From: an uncultured Bifidobacteriaceae bacterium
GTDB lineage: Bacteria > Acidobacteriota > Vicinamibacteria > Vicinamibacterales > UBA2999
Direction of reading: 5' to 3'
Assembly (NCBI GenBank): GCA_964505975.1
Contig: CAZDLW010000002.1
Coordinates: 2,915 to 66,914, forward strand
Length of the DNA stretch: 64,000 bases
Under the pieces are notes generated by a model. The model was not told the DNA's origin and searched no databases. It saw only the letters and a program-made list of their open reading frames with translations. Both the position numbers and the translations under genes were made by a program. Each line of letters begins with the position of its first letter. The first letter of the stretch is position 1. Shown here piece by piece: positions 34,713 through 43,276 of this stretch.

Positions 34713-34887
34713 GATTCGGACTGTCGGCGAATCCGATCGACGTGCAGAAGTTGCCTCTTCTGAGCATGTAAAGCCAGTCAAATTTAGCAACTTAGGTCGG
34801 TCGACCCCGATGAGATTTCCCAGCATTGACCGAAGCCTCGGCTGTTTGGTATCCCAGTTGCCTTATGGTACAGCCGGAGGTCACCGA

Positions 34888-35901
34888 ATGCGTCCGCGCC
34901 CCGTCTCACAGCACCCCCGCGTTGTTGCCACACTTCCGTTCGTGGAGCAGCTGGCTCGTCGTGTTGCCGCGACGATGCCACACTCGATTGACATTGGCGA
35001 TCTTGTGCAAGATGGCGTCATTGGCTTGATTGACGCGGCCCACCGATTCGATGAGGGCCGGGGCATCAAGTTCGAGACGTTTGCCGAGCGGCGGATTCGT
35101 GGCGCGATGATCGACGCCCTCCGCAAGGACGCCTGGCCACGCGGTGTCCGCCGCCAGCGCCGGGAGCTGGAGGCCGCACGCGAGGAGCTGCGTCGCGAAC
35201 TGGGGTGCGAACCGTCGCTGGCCGACCTGGCCGCCAAGGTGGGGTGCGATGAGAAGCGCTTGGGGCGCACCATCGTGCGCATCAACGCGATCGAGTCGAC
35301 ATCGCCGCTCGCCAATACGGATCACCTGGACGAAGCGACGCTGCCGGCGGCGCTCATTCCCTCGGAGCCGGAACAGCCGGATGTCGCGTACGAACGCGAG
35401 GAGACCAAGGAGCGCGTGCGCACGGCGATTGCCTCGTTGCCGCCGCGAGAGCAGAAAGTGATTGGGCTCTACTACTACGGAGAAGCGACGATGAAGCAGA
35501 TTGGCGCCGAGATCGGCGTCAACGAATCTCGCGTCTCCCAGCTTCACGCCCGTGCCATTCGGCGGTTGCGCGAGCGCCTCGAGGCGATGATGCCCGTGCA
35601 CGAAGCCCGCGAAGCGCTGCGCGGTGCCATTCTTGCCTTCCAGCAGAAACCGCGAATGGTCAAAGCGATGCTCGAGAGTGGGGACGGGAGTCGCGCCGGT
35701 GTCAAATCGCCAGGCGTGGTGGTGAATCACCCGAGCGTCTCACGCACCGCGAGCATGAGCTCGGCGAGCCGAAACGGTTTGGCCAACCAGCGGCAGCCGC
35801 TGTCGTCGAGAAATCGTTCGGCGTCCGCGCCCCCCACGTCACCCGTGACGAAGATGACCCGGCGTGCGAGCGCCGGTGTGGCGGCCGCGATCGCGCGATA
35901 G
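34888..35901 (+). CDS. fliA: FliA/WhiG-type (sigma-28 family) RNA polymerase sigma factor with ~95-aa C-terminal extension
   Basis: 'DLVQDGVIGLIDAAHRFDEGRGIKFETFAERRIRGAMIDALRKDAWPRGVRR' covers region 2. 'REQKVIGLYYYGEATMKQIGAEIGVNESRVSQLHARAIRRLR' is region 4.2. There is no in-frame stop before 35901. Confidence 0.8.
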   Translation: MRPRPVSQHPRVVATLPFVEQLARRVAATMPHSIDIGDLVQDGVIGLIDAAHRFDEGRGIKFETFAERRIRGAMIDALRKDAWPRGVRRQRRELEAAREELRRELGCEPSLADLAAKVGCDEKRLGRTIVRINAIESTSPLANTDHLDEATLPAALIPSEPEQPDVAYEREETKERVRTAIASLPPREQKVIGLYYYGEATMKQIGAEIGVNESRVSQLHARAIRRLRERLEAMMPVHEAREALRGAILAFQQKPRMVKAMLESGDGSRAGVKSPGVVVNHPSVSRTASMSSASRNGLANQRQPLSSRNRSASAPPTSPVTKMTRRASAGVAAAIAR

Positions 35902-37298
35902 AGCATCATCCCGTCGACGCGGGGCATCTTGAGATCACAGATGACCGCGTCGTACGTGTGTCGCCGAACGCCGGCGAGCGCCTCTTCGCCGTCGATCGCG
36001 TGGTCGACGTGCAAACCGGCATCGGTAAGGGCATCGACCACGGCGGCGGCGAGCGCCCGCTCGTCTTCGACCAGTAGTATCCGCGCTCCGCGTACAGCTT
36101 CCATGGAAGGGTGGGCGGCGCGCGGCGTGCTCGTGGACGGCGCGACCGGGGTGAGAGGCAACTCCATGATGAACGTAGCGCCGCGATCCCGGCAATCCAT
36201 GCTGTCCGCGACCGGCGATTCGACGCGAATCCGTCCGCCATGCTCCCGGACGATGGCGTAGGCGACGGTGAGCCCCAGCCCGGTTCCCTGGCCAACCTCC
36301 TTCGTGGTGAAGAACGGATCGAAGATCTTGTTCTTGACCTCTGGTCTCACGCCCGGCCCGTCATCGGTGACCTCGAGAGCGACCATCTGCCGCGGGGCGT
36401 CATGCCAGGTCCGCACGACGATGGTGCCGCGACCATTGGCAGACAGCATCGCCTGTTCGGCATTGATCAGGAGGTTCAGCAGCACCTGCTGGATCTGATG
36501 CGGGTCGGCCAGCACGCGTGGCAGTCCCGATGCAAGCGCCGTCACCACTTCGATATTCGCTGCCCGCTGCTCGTACTCGCGTAACGCGAGTGTCTGAAGC
36601 GCGACCTGATTGAGATCGATCATCGAGCGCGTGCTCTGGCGTTTTCGCGCGAACATCAGCAGGTTCCGCACGATCCGCGCGGCGCGTTCCGCCTCTGCGA
36701 GGATCACGCTGACGCCGCGCCGCGAACCGGCGTCCAGACGCCGCTCGGAGAGCCGCTCGGCCCAGCTCAGAATGGTGCCGAGCGGGTTGTTCAGTTCGTG
36801 TGCGACGCCCGAGATCGTCTGGCCGAGCGCGGCCATCTTCTCCGCCTGTAACAACTGCTGGTACAGGTCGCGCGACCGGTCGTCGAGCTTCTTGCGCTCA
36901 CTGACGTCCCGCACCAGCGCCTCGATGTGCGTGGGTCCGGAATCGCCCGCCAGTTCGGCACGCGCCGTCACCTCGACCCACACGGTCGTGCCGTCCAGAC
37001 GAAGCATGCGAAGCAGATAGTCGGTGACGGCGCCCTGCGTGATGAGTCGATCGAGAAACGCAGCCCGCCCGGCCTGGTCGGCGAAGCGCGCCGGGGAAAA
37101 CGGTGCGACGGCAGATTCCGGAGTGTCGCGGGCGTAGCCGAAGATCAATCGGAGATGCGGATTGGCCGCGATGGTGCTCCCGGCGTCGATCTCGCTCGTG
37201 CTGATCGCGCCAATGTAGACGCCTTCATGCACCGCCTCGAGAAGACGGGCAAACGCGCTCGCGCGCCGGACGCGTGCCGAACGGGTCGACGGGTGCAC
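35727..37298 (-). CDS. PAS-sensor hybrid histidine kinase (PAS-HisKA-HATPase_c-REC)
   Basis: The H-box is 'GVAHELNNPLGTI'. The N box is 'QQVLLNLLINAEQA', and the G boxes are 'VTDDGPGV' and 'GTGLGLTVAYAIV'. The C-terminal receiver is 'ILLVEDERAL...AVICDLKMPRVDG'. Confidence 0.9.
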   Translation of the reverse strand: MHPSTRSARVRRASAFARLLEAVHEGVYIGAISTSEIDAGSTIAANPHLRLIFGYARDTPESAVAPFSPARFADQAGRAAFLDRLITQGAVTDYLLRMLRLDGTTVWVEVTARAELAGDSGPTHIEALVRDVSERKKLDDRSRDLYQQLLQAEKMAALGQTISGVAHELNNPLGTILSWAERLSERRLDAGSRRGVSVILAEAERAARIVRNLLMFARKRQSTRSMIDLNQVALQTLALREYEQRAANIEVVTALASGLPRVLADPHQIQQVLLNLLINAEQAMLSANGRGTIVVRTWHDAPRQMVALEVTDDGPGVRPEVKNKIFDPFFTTKEVGQGTGLGLTVAYAIVREHGGRIRVESPVADSMDCRDRGATFIMELPLTPVAPSTSTPRAAHPSMEAVRGARILLVEDERALAAAVVDALTDAGLHVDHAIDGEEALAGVRRHTYDAVICDLKMPRVDGMMLYRAIAAATPALARRVIFVTGDVGGADAERFLDDSGCRWLAKPFRLAELMLAVRETLG

Positions 37299-37409
37299 GT
37301 GCAGCCCATTATAGGGAAATGCAGGAACTGGAAAAGGACTCTTTCGTTCCGTGACCCGCGAAACGGGGAGGAGCAGCGGCGTTCCACTGACTCCCCCGAT
37401 CGTCCGTCG

Positions 37410-37559
37410 TCAGACAACCCGCCGACCACTCACCAGCCGCACGAGGAACAGCACCACGGCGATGACCAGCAGGATCCAGATGAAATTTCCGAGCGTGTAC
37501 CCGCTGACCATCCCAAGCAGCCAGAGGATGATCAAGATGATCGCAATAGTCTCCAGCAC
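37410..37559 (-). CDS. lmo0937-family small membrane protein (49 aa; absent from the ORF track)
   Basis: The minus strand reads GGAGGTAGAGAC-GTG, then 'VLETIAIILIILWLLGMVSGYTLGNFIWILLVIAVVLFLVRLVSGRRVV', then TGA. It has a strong RBS, two TM helices and a basic C-terminus, which is the characteristic family pattern. Confidence 0.7.
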   Translation of the reverse strand: MLETIAIILIILWLLGMVSGYTLGNFIWILLVIAVVLFLVRLVSGRRVV

Positions 37560-37685
37560 GTCTCTACCTCCTGTACCTCCGCTTCCTATTCCCGGAACGC
37601 GAGGCGGTCCGGGATTTCCGCCCTGCGACTGTGCAACATGAGTACCGGAACAGAGGATCGGACGGGGTACAGACGAGCTGGGGCC

Positions 37686-38138
37686 TTAGCGAGAGGTCGT
37701 TCCGAGTGCGAACGTCATGGTACCCTCGACGACGAGAGTGCCGGCGACACGTGCACAGCCGTAGAGCTGCCCCACGCGGCTCCGCAGCCGCTTGACCCTG
37801 GCCTCGAACTCGACGACGTCGCCGGGATGAACCGGACGACGATACCGAACGCGCTCGATACCGGCGAAGAACGGCAGCTTCTCTCGATTTTCGGGCTTGG
37901 ACAAGATGAGGATGGCCCCGACCTGTGCAATGCATTCCGTCAGAATCGTGAAAGGCAACGTCGGCACCTCGCCAGGCTGCTGCGACAGATACCGCTCGTT
38001 GAGTGAGACGTTCTTGATCCCGACGATCCGCTTGTCCGGCTCGAGTTCGGTGATGCGGTCGACGAGCAGGAACGGATATCGGTGCGGAAGGATGCGCTCG
38101 ATCGCGCGATAGTCCAGTGGAAGCGTCAAAGGGTCCAT
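37686..38138 (-). CDS. fabZ: 3-hydroxyacyl-ACP dehydratase FabZ
   Basis: 'ILPHRYPFLLVDRITELEP...IVGIKNVSLNE...PGEVPTLPFTILTECIAQVGAIL...FFAGIERVRYRRPVHPGD' shows the hotdog-fold FabZ hallmarks. Start at the ATG at 38138. Confidence 0.9.
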   Translation of the reverse strand: MDPLTLPLDYRAIERILPHRYPFLLVDRITELEPDKRIVGIKNVSLNERYLSQQPGEVPTLPFTILTECIAQVGAILILSKPENREKLPFFAGIERVRYRRPVHPGDVVEFEARVKRLRSRVGQLYGCARVAGTLVVEGTMTFALGTTSR

Positions 38139-38178
38139 CGGCGGGCCAGTATAATTCGTTCGACGCGGTCCAGCACCC

Positions 38179-39981
38179 ATGAGTGAGTTGTCGCCGTCCC
38201 ATAGGCCGGAGGTGCAGCCCGCCGCCGGCGTGCGGCCCCCGACCGATACGGAACTGCTGTCGACGCTGTTCGAGCTCGGGCGCGAGGTGACGTCGGTGCT
38301 CGCCCTCGAGGAGCTTCTCGCCAAGATTCCGCAGCTGATTGCGCGGTTGACGAGGTTTACCGCCTTCTCGGTCTATCTGCTCGACGAGAGACGGGAGGAG
38401 TTGCGCATCGCGTACGCAGTGGGCTATCCGGAAAGCGTGCTGTCGGATCACCGATTACGCGTGGGTCAGGGTGTCGTGGGCGCGGCCGTCCAGCAGGATC
38501 GGCCGATTCTCGTGAACGACATTCGAAAGGAGCCGCGCTACCGGGGGCCGTTGCGCAGCATGCTCTCGCAGCTGGCCGTCCCCCTCCGCCGGAAAGGAAG
38601 GGTCATCGGCGCCCTCAATTTGCTGAACGACACGGAGGGTGCGTTCACCAACCAGGATCTGGCCCTGCTCCGACAGTTCGGCGCGCATGTGGCGGTGGCG
38701 CTCGAGAATGCGCGACTGTTCGAGTCGGAGCGGCAGTACGTGGCGACACTGGCCACACTTGCCGAGATCGGCCGCGAGATGTCGTCCATTCTCGATCTCG
38801 ATGCGTTGCTGACGCGCATCGCCAGCCTCACCAAGCGCCTGGTCGACTATCGCACGTTCGGCATCCTGCTCCTGGACCCGACGACGCAGCTGCTGGAGAT
38901 GAAGCTGGCCGTCCGATACGGGCAGGGGGCGGAGTCGAAGCAGGTGAGACTCGGCGAAGGGCTGGTCGGCTGGTCGGCGTTGCACAAGGAGCCCGTGCTC
39001 GTTGCGGACGTCTCGCAGGATCCGCGTTACATCAACCTGGTGGAGGATGTTCGATCGGAGCTGGTCATTCCGATGCTCATCAAGGATCGCTGCATCGGCG
39101 TCTTCGATCTCGAAAGTCCCGAGCTCGACGCCTTCACCAAGGAACACCAGGAACTGCTCACGCTCCTGGCCAGCCAGGCCGCCGTCGCCATCGACAACGC
39201 GCGCCTGTACGAAGAGCTTCGACGCAAGGAGGAGCGGATCGAGAAGGAGCTGCGCTTCGCCCAGCGGGTCCAGCTGGCGCTGCTTCCGACGGAGCTCCCG
39301 AAGACGCATCGAGATGTCGACGTTGCAGGCCGGTTTGCTCCCGCGCGGGAACTGGGGGGAGACATTCACGACTACCTGGCCCCGGATGCCGACACTCTGG
39401 TGGTCGCTGTTGGCGACGTGTCCGGCAAAGGTGCGCCCGCCGCGCTCTATGGGGCCTTCGCCGCCGAGCTCGTGCGCTCCCGGACGATGCGCCGCCGATT
39501 CACTCCCGAGCGCTTCAGCGTCGGTGGTGTCCTCCAGGCGATGAACACCATTCTCCACGAGCGCCAGCTCGAAGAGTACTACTGCACGCTTTGCTACACC
39601 TTCTTCGACTTCACTCGACGCACGGTAACCCTCTCGAATTCCGGTCTCCCGTATCCCGTCCGCTGCTCGGTGAGTGGCTGCGGGCAAATCGAGCTGCCTG
39701 GTGTGCCGTTGGGGTCGTTTCCGGGCGTCACCTATGACGAGATCACGCTGGACCTGCACCCGAGCGACACCTATGTCTTCTGCACGGACGGGATCTTCGA
39801 AGCGGTCGACGAGGACGGGGCGGAGTTCGGGGCCCGCCGGCTGTGCGAAGTGGTCGAGGCTCATCGGCGCGAGCCGGCGCGCGTGATCGTGGATGCCATC
39901 TTCGAGGCGGTGACGGCGTTCCGGCGCGGCGGGCCTCAAACCGACGACATGACCGCCGTCGCAGTCAAGATAGGGCGCTGA
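38179..39981 (+). CDS. GAF-GAF-PP2C (SpoIIE/RsbU-type) serine phosphatase
   Basis: Two GAF domains ('VGQGVVGAAVQQDRPILVNDI...LAVPLRRKGRVIGALNL' and 'LGEGLVGWSALHKEPVLVADV...LVIPMLIKDRCIGVFDL'). The PPM core is 'GGDIHDY...VAVGDVSGKG...FCTDGIFEA...DDMTAVAVKI'. Confidence 0.85.
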   Translation: MSELSPSHRPEVQPAAGVRPPTDTELLSTLFELGREVTSVLALEELLAKIPQLIARLTRFTAFSVYLLDERREELRIAYAVGYPESVLSDHRLRVGQGVVGAAVQQDRPILVNDIRKEPRYRGPLRSMLSQLAVPLRRKGRVIGALNLLNDTEGAFTNQDLALLRQFGAHVAVALENARLFESERQYVATLATLAEIGREMSSILDLDALLTRIASLTKRLVDYRTFGILLLDPTTQLLEMKLAVRYGQGAESKQVRLGEGLVGWSALHKEPVLVADVSQDPRYINLVEDVRSELVIPMLIKDRCIGVFDLESPELDAFTKEHQELLTLLASQAAVAIDNARLYEELRRKEERIEKELRFAQRVQLALLPTELPKTHRDVDVAGRFAPARELGGDIHDYLAPDADTLVVAVGDVSGKGAPAALYGAFAAELVRSRTMRRRFTPERFSVGGVLQAMNTILHERQLEEYYCTLCYTFFDFTRRTVTLSNSGLPYPVRCSVSGCGQIELPGVPLGSFPGVTYDEITLDLHPSDTYVFCTDGIFEAVDEDGAEFGARRLCEVVEAHRREPARVIVDAIFEAVTAFRRGGPQTDDMTAVAVKIGR

Positions 39982-40017
39982 TCGTGAGCCACGGTGGCGG
40001 CGCATCCGGGCGAGGCC

Positions 40018-40356
40018 TCACCGCCGGGTCGGGCGATCGTGCTCCTGTACGTGCAGGCCGATGAACCGGCCGCCCAACACCGCGATCTCATCGATGCGGC
40101 CCGTTACCCGGACGAGCGCCCCACTTCTCGGCGCGCGTCGTCCGGAGCGCGCGACGACGGTAATCTCGCCCGTTCCATCGTCGACGCTGTAGATGTGAAC
40201 GGGGAGCAGCGGCACACCCCAGCTGGTCGTCACCATTCCAGACAGGCGTATCGTCCGCTCGTGATAGCGATGCGGATTGTCCTTCAGATCGGCAATCCGA
40301 ACCGCCCGCGCGCCGCACCCAGTCAACAGGAGCGCGAGCACGAGGCCCGCTATCAT
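40018..40356 (-). CDS. Small lipoprotein (OB-fold-like, hypothetical)
   Basis: 'MIAGLVLALLLTGCG' is a lipobox. The rest is beta-rich ('IRLSGMVTTSWG...ITVVARSGRRAPRSGALVRVTGRI'). Start placed at the internal ATG at 40356. Confidence 0.55.
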   Translation of the reverse strand: MIAGLVLALLLTGCGARAVRIADLKDNPHRYHERTIRLSGMVTTSWGVPLLPVHIYSVDDGTGEITVVARSGRRAPRSGALVRVTGRIDEIAVLGGRFIGLHVQEHDRPTRR

Positions 40357-40767
40357 TGGTCCAGACGTCCGCACAGTCCTCAATCTCCAGTGCCGCAGGT
40401 GCTGGAATGGAGATGCGCCCCGCGCCACTCCGGGGCGCGAGGCGGAACGACGAGCAGCCACGCCGAATCGCGAACGAGTCGTGTCAGGGACCCGGGATGC
40501 GGCGATGCCAGCGCCTACCTGATGTTACGCACCCCGGTGATCCGACGTGGCCGCTTACCAGGCGATCAAATCCTGTGCCTCTCGCGAATGCATCGGAACC
40601 CGTTGCTTTGGCTGGATTGGAGCCGAGATCGTCCTCGCCAGGGGGCAGCGGCACAGGTGCACGTAGCGGGCTTGTCTCATGAAGGTGGCACTGTCATCGG
40701 TCACGGACTGCGTGCAACAACAGACTCGAAGATCGCATCGATGACATCGACGATCGGGGCTGGCGCT

Positions 40768-42105
40768 TTAGTACGTGCTGAGATACCTCTCGATTTCCCA
40801 CCCGGATACGTGCCTGATGTAGCTGTCCCACTCGGCACGCTTGGCCTCGAGAAAGTGATGGAAGATGTGGTCGCCAAGCGTGTCCCGGACCAGGTCGTTC
40901 TTGGCGAGCTGATCGAGCGCTTCGCTCAGATTTCCCGGCAATTCATCGATGCGCAGGTGTCGGCGCTCGCGGTGACTCATTTTGTAGATGTTCTTGTTGA
41001 CCGGAGGGCCCGGATCGAGAGCCGCGTCGATGCCATCCAGGCCCGCGCGCAGCATGACCGCGAAAGCCAGGTACGGGTTGCAGGAGGGATCCGGCATCCG
41101 GAGCTCGATGCGCGTTCCGGCGCCGCGGGCCGCGGGCACACGCACGAGAGGGCTGCGGTTCCTTGTCGACCAGGCGATCGCCGTGGGGGCCTCATAGCCG
41201 GGCACGAGCCGTTTGTACGAGTTGACGAGGGGGTTGGTGATCGCACAGAAGCTCTTCGCGTGTTTGAGCAGGCCTCCGATGTAGTGCAGGCAGGTGGCGC
41301 TCAACGCGCCATCCGCCGCCGCGTCGTGAAAGGCGTTGCGCCCATCGGCGAAGAGCGCCTGGTGCGTATGCATGCCGCTGCCGTTGACACCGAACACCGG
41401 CTTCGGCATGAACGTGGCGTGCACGCCGTGCCGGCTGGCGACGTTCTTGACAACGAACCGGAACGTGGTGACGTTGTCCGCGGTGACCAGCACGTCATCG
41501 TGGCGGAAGTCGATCTCATGCTGGCCTGGCGCGACCTCGTGATGAGCCGTCTCCACGTGGAAGCCCATCTGCTCGAGCGTGCGGATGATGTCCCGGCGGA
41601 CGTCTTCCCCGAGGTCGACCGGTGTCAGATCGAAGTACCCGCCCGAGTCGTGCGTGTTTGTCGTGGGCTCGCCGTCGGGACGGCGCTGAAACAGGAAGAA
41701 CTCTGCCTCCGGCCCGGCGGTCATGGAGAACCCCTGTGCCGCCGCGAGCACGATCGCCCGCTTGAGGGTCGAGCGTGGGCATCCTGCGAACGGCGTCCCA
41801 TCGGGATTACTGACGTCGCAGATGATGCGACCGACGCGGTCGGCGCTGCCGCAGGTCCACGGAAGCACCTCGAACGTGCCCAGGTCGGGCTTCAGATACA
41901 TGTCCGATTCCTCAATCCGGACGAAACCTTCTATCGAGGATCCGTCGAAGAGGATTCCGCCGTCGAGCGCTTCCTCGAACTGGCAGTCGGGGACCTCCAC
42001 GCTCTTGATGACGCCCAGGATGTCGGTGAACTGGAGTCGCATGAACTTCACTTTTTCCCGTTCGGCACGCTCCAGCACCCGAGCCTTCAGGTCGTCTGTA
42101 TGCAT
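40768..42105 (-). CDS. glnA: Glutamine synthetase, type I
   Basis: 'KFMRLQFTDILGVIKSVEVP', 'GPEAEFFLF', 'HHEVAPGQHEIDF', 'TFMPKPVFGVNGSGMHTH' and 'NRSPLVRVP' are canonical GSI motifs. 445 aa. Confidence 0.95.
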   Translation of the reverse strand: MHTDDLKARVLERAEREKVKFMRLQFTDILGVIKSVEVPDCQFEEALDGGILFDGSSIEGFVRIEESDMYLKPDLGTFEVLPWTCGSADRVGRIICDVSNPDGTPFAGCPRSTLKRAIVLAAAQGFSMTAGPEAEFFLFQRRPDGEPTTNTHDSGGYFDLTPVDLGEDVRRDIIRTLEQMGFHVETAHHEVAPGQHEIDFRHDDVLVTADNVTTFRFVVKNVASRHGVHATFMPKPVFGVNGSGMHTHQALFADGRNAFHDAAADGALSATCLHYIGGLLKHAKSFCAITNPLVNSYKRLVPGYEAPTAIAWSTRNRSPLVRVPAARGAGTRIELRMPDPSCNPYLAFAVMLRAGLDGIDAALDPGPPVNKNIYKMSHRERRHLRIDELPGNLSEALDQLAKNDLVRDTLGDHIFHHFLEAKRAEWDSYIRHVSGWEIERYLSTY

Positions 42106-42315
42106 GGGGCTGATTATGCCAACTTTTCCCGAATGCCCTCCGTCTAGGTTCTCGAGAGGAGCCGGGAGGCAGACTCACGTGCCGCGTTCACGGCTCTGGC
42201 AGGAGAGAACGTGTGACCGCACCCGATCTCGTCGGATCCTCGAGGCCGTCGGACTGCTTTCGGGGAAGGGAGTGAGCAGTCGGCCACGGTCGCGTCCGAA
42301 CAGGATGAGGCAACC

Positions 42316-43173
42316 ATGACAAAGACAATCATCAGTACAGCTCTGACGGCAGTGTTTGTGACGGTCGGAGTATTCGCCCCCGCTGCAGGTGCGCAAGTGC
42401 GCGTTCAATCCGGTCAAGGGTCTCAGGCGGTGACGGTCTTCACGGGGACCGGGTCCGTATTGGGCGTCTCCGTGCGGGATCTGAGCGCCGAGGAGATCGC
42501 AGCGGCCCGGTTGCCGCAGCCGGGCGGTGCGGTGGTCGAGGAGGTGCGAGAGGAAAGCCCGGCCGCTCGCGGGGGACTCCAGCGAGCCGATATCGTGGTG
42601 GAGTTCGATGGCGAGCGGGTGCGGAGTCGGCAGCACCTTGCGCGTCTGGTGCAAGAGACGCCGCCGGGTCGCACAGTTGCCGCCGTGGTGCTTCGGGACG
42701 GCTCGAGACGCACGCTGAACATCACGCCAGAGGCTCGTACGGGGATGACCATCGATGCCTTGTCGGATCTCGGGCGGGACATCGAGCGGAGTCTGCGGAC
42801 GCTCCCCCGTGCGTTCTCCATGGAGCTCGATGTGCCCCGCAGTGTGGTACTGATGACGCCGGGAAGGTTGGGTGCCACCCTGCTCCCGCTCGATCGGCAA
42901 TTGGCGCAGTACTTCGGGGCTGCGGAGGGTGTTCTGGTGTCGTCGGTCGACCCGGACACGCCCGCGTCCCGCGCGGGGCTGAGGGCGGGGGACGTGATTA
43001 CCGCGGTGAACCAGCGTCAGGTGTCCAGGGTCAGCGATGTGAGCGACGAGGTCCGAAAAGCGCCAGCCGAGTCGGCGCTCGAGTTCAGAGTGACACGCGA
43101 GAAGACGGAAACCGCGCTCGTGGTCACGCTGCCGCCGCCACGCCGCCCGGCCGCGCGTGCGCCGTCGATCTAG
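42316..43173 (+). CDS. Secreted tandem-PDZ domain protein (no protease domain)
   Basis: Signal peptide 'ALTAVFVTVGVFAPAAGAQ'. Two PDZ units ('GGAVVEEVREESPAARGGLQRADIVVEFDGERV' and 'EGVLVSSVDPDTPASRAGLRAGDVITAVNQRQV'). Confidence 0.75.
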   Translation: MTKTIISTALTAVFVTVGVFAPAAGAQVRVQSGQGSQAVTVFTGTGSVLGVSVRDLSAEEIAAARLPQPGGAVVEEVREESPAARGGLQRADIVVEFDGERVRSRQHLARLVQETPPGRTVAAVVLRDGSRRTLNITPEARTGMTIDALSDLGRDIERSLRTLPRAFSMELDVPRSVVLMTPGRLGATLLPLDRQLAQYFGAAEGVLVSSVDPDTPASRAGLRAGDVITAVNQRQVSRVSDVSDEVRKAPAESALEFRVTREKTETALVVTLPPPRRPAARAPSI

Positions 43174-43276
43174 AGATCACCGCCCGCGCTTCTGGCACGT
43201 GTCCCGGGCGCGCGGTTCGAGCACAGTGCGGGCCCCGGGCTGCTCGGCTCGCACCGGACGCGCGCACCCGGCCGCG

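Noticed and set aside
39994-42147. Very long ORFs antisense to recognised genes. Examples are 39994..42147 opposite glnA, 38455..40005 opposite the PP2C gene, 1195..2439 opposite mfd, 15315..16772 opposite the amidohydrolase and 25626..26864 opposite the Ig-repeat gene.
   Set aside because: These are typical high-GC shadow ORFs. Their translations are dominated by Arg/His/Gln/Cys/Pro with no motifs. The opposite strand encodes proteins with unambiguous family signatures.
42160-42182. 'GGCACG...CTGC' element on the minus strand about 60 nt upstream of glnA. glnA is classically sigma-54/NtrC controlled.
   Set aside because: The GG-to-GC spacing is 11 nt, not 10. Sigma-54 promoters do not tolerate this, so I did not call it.
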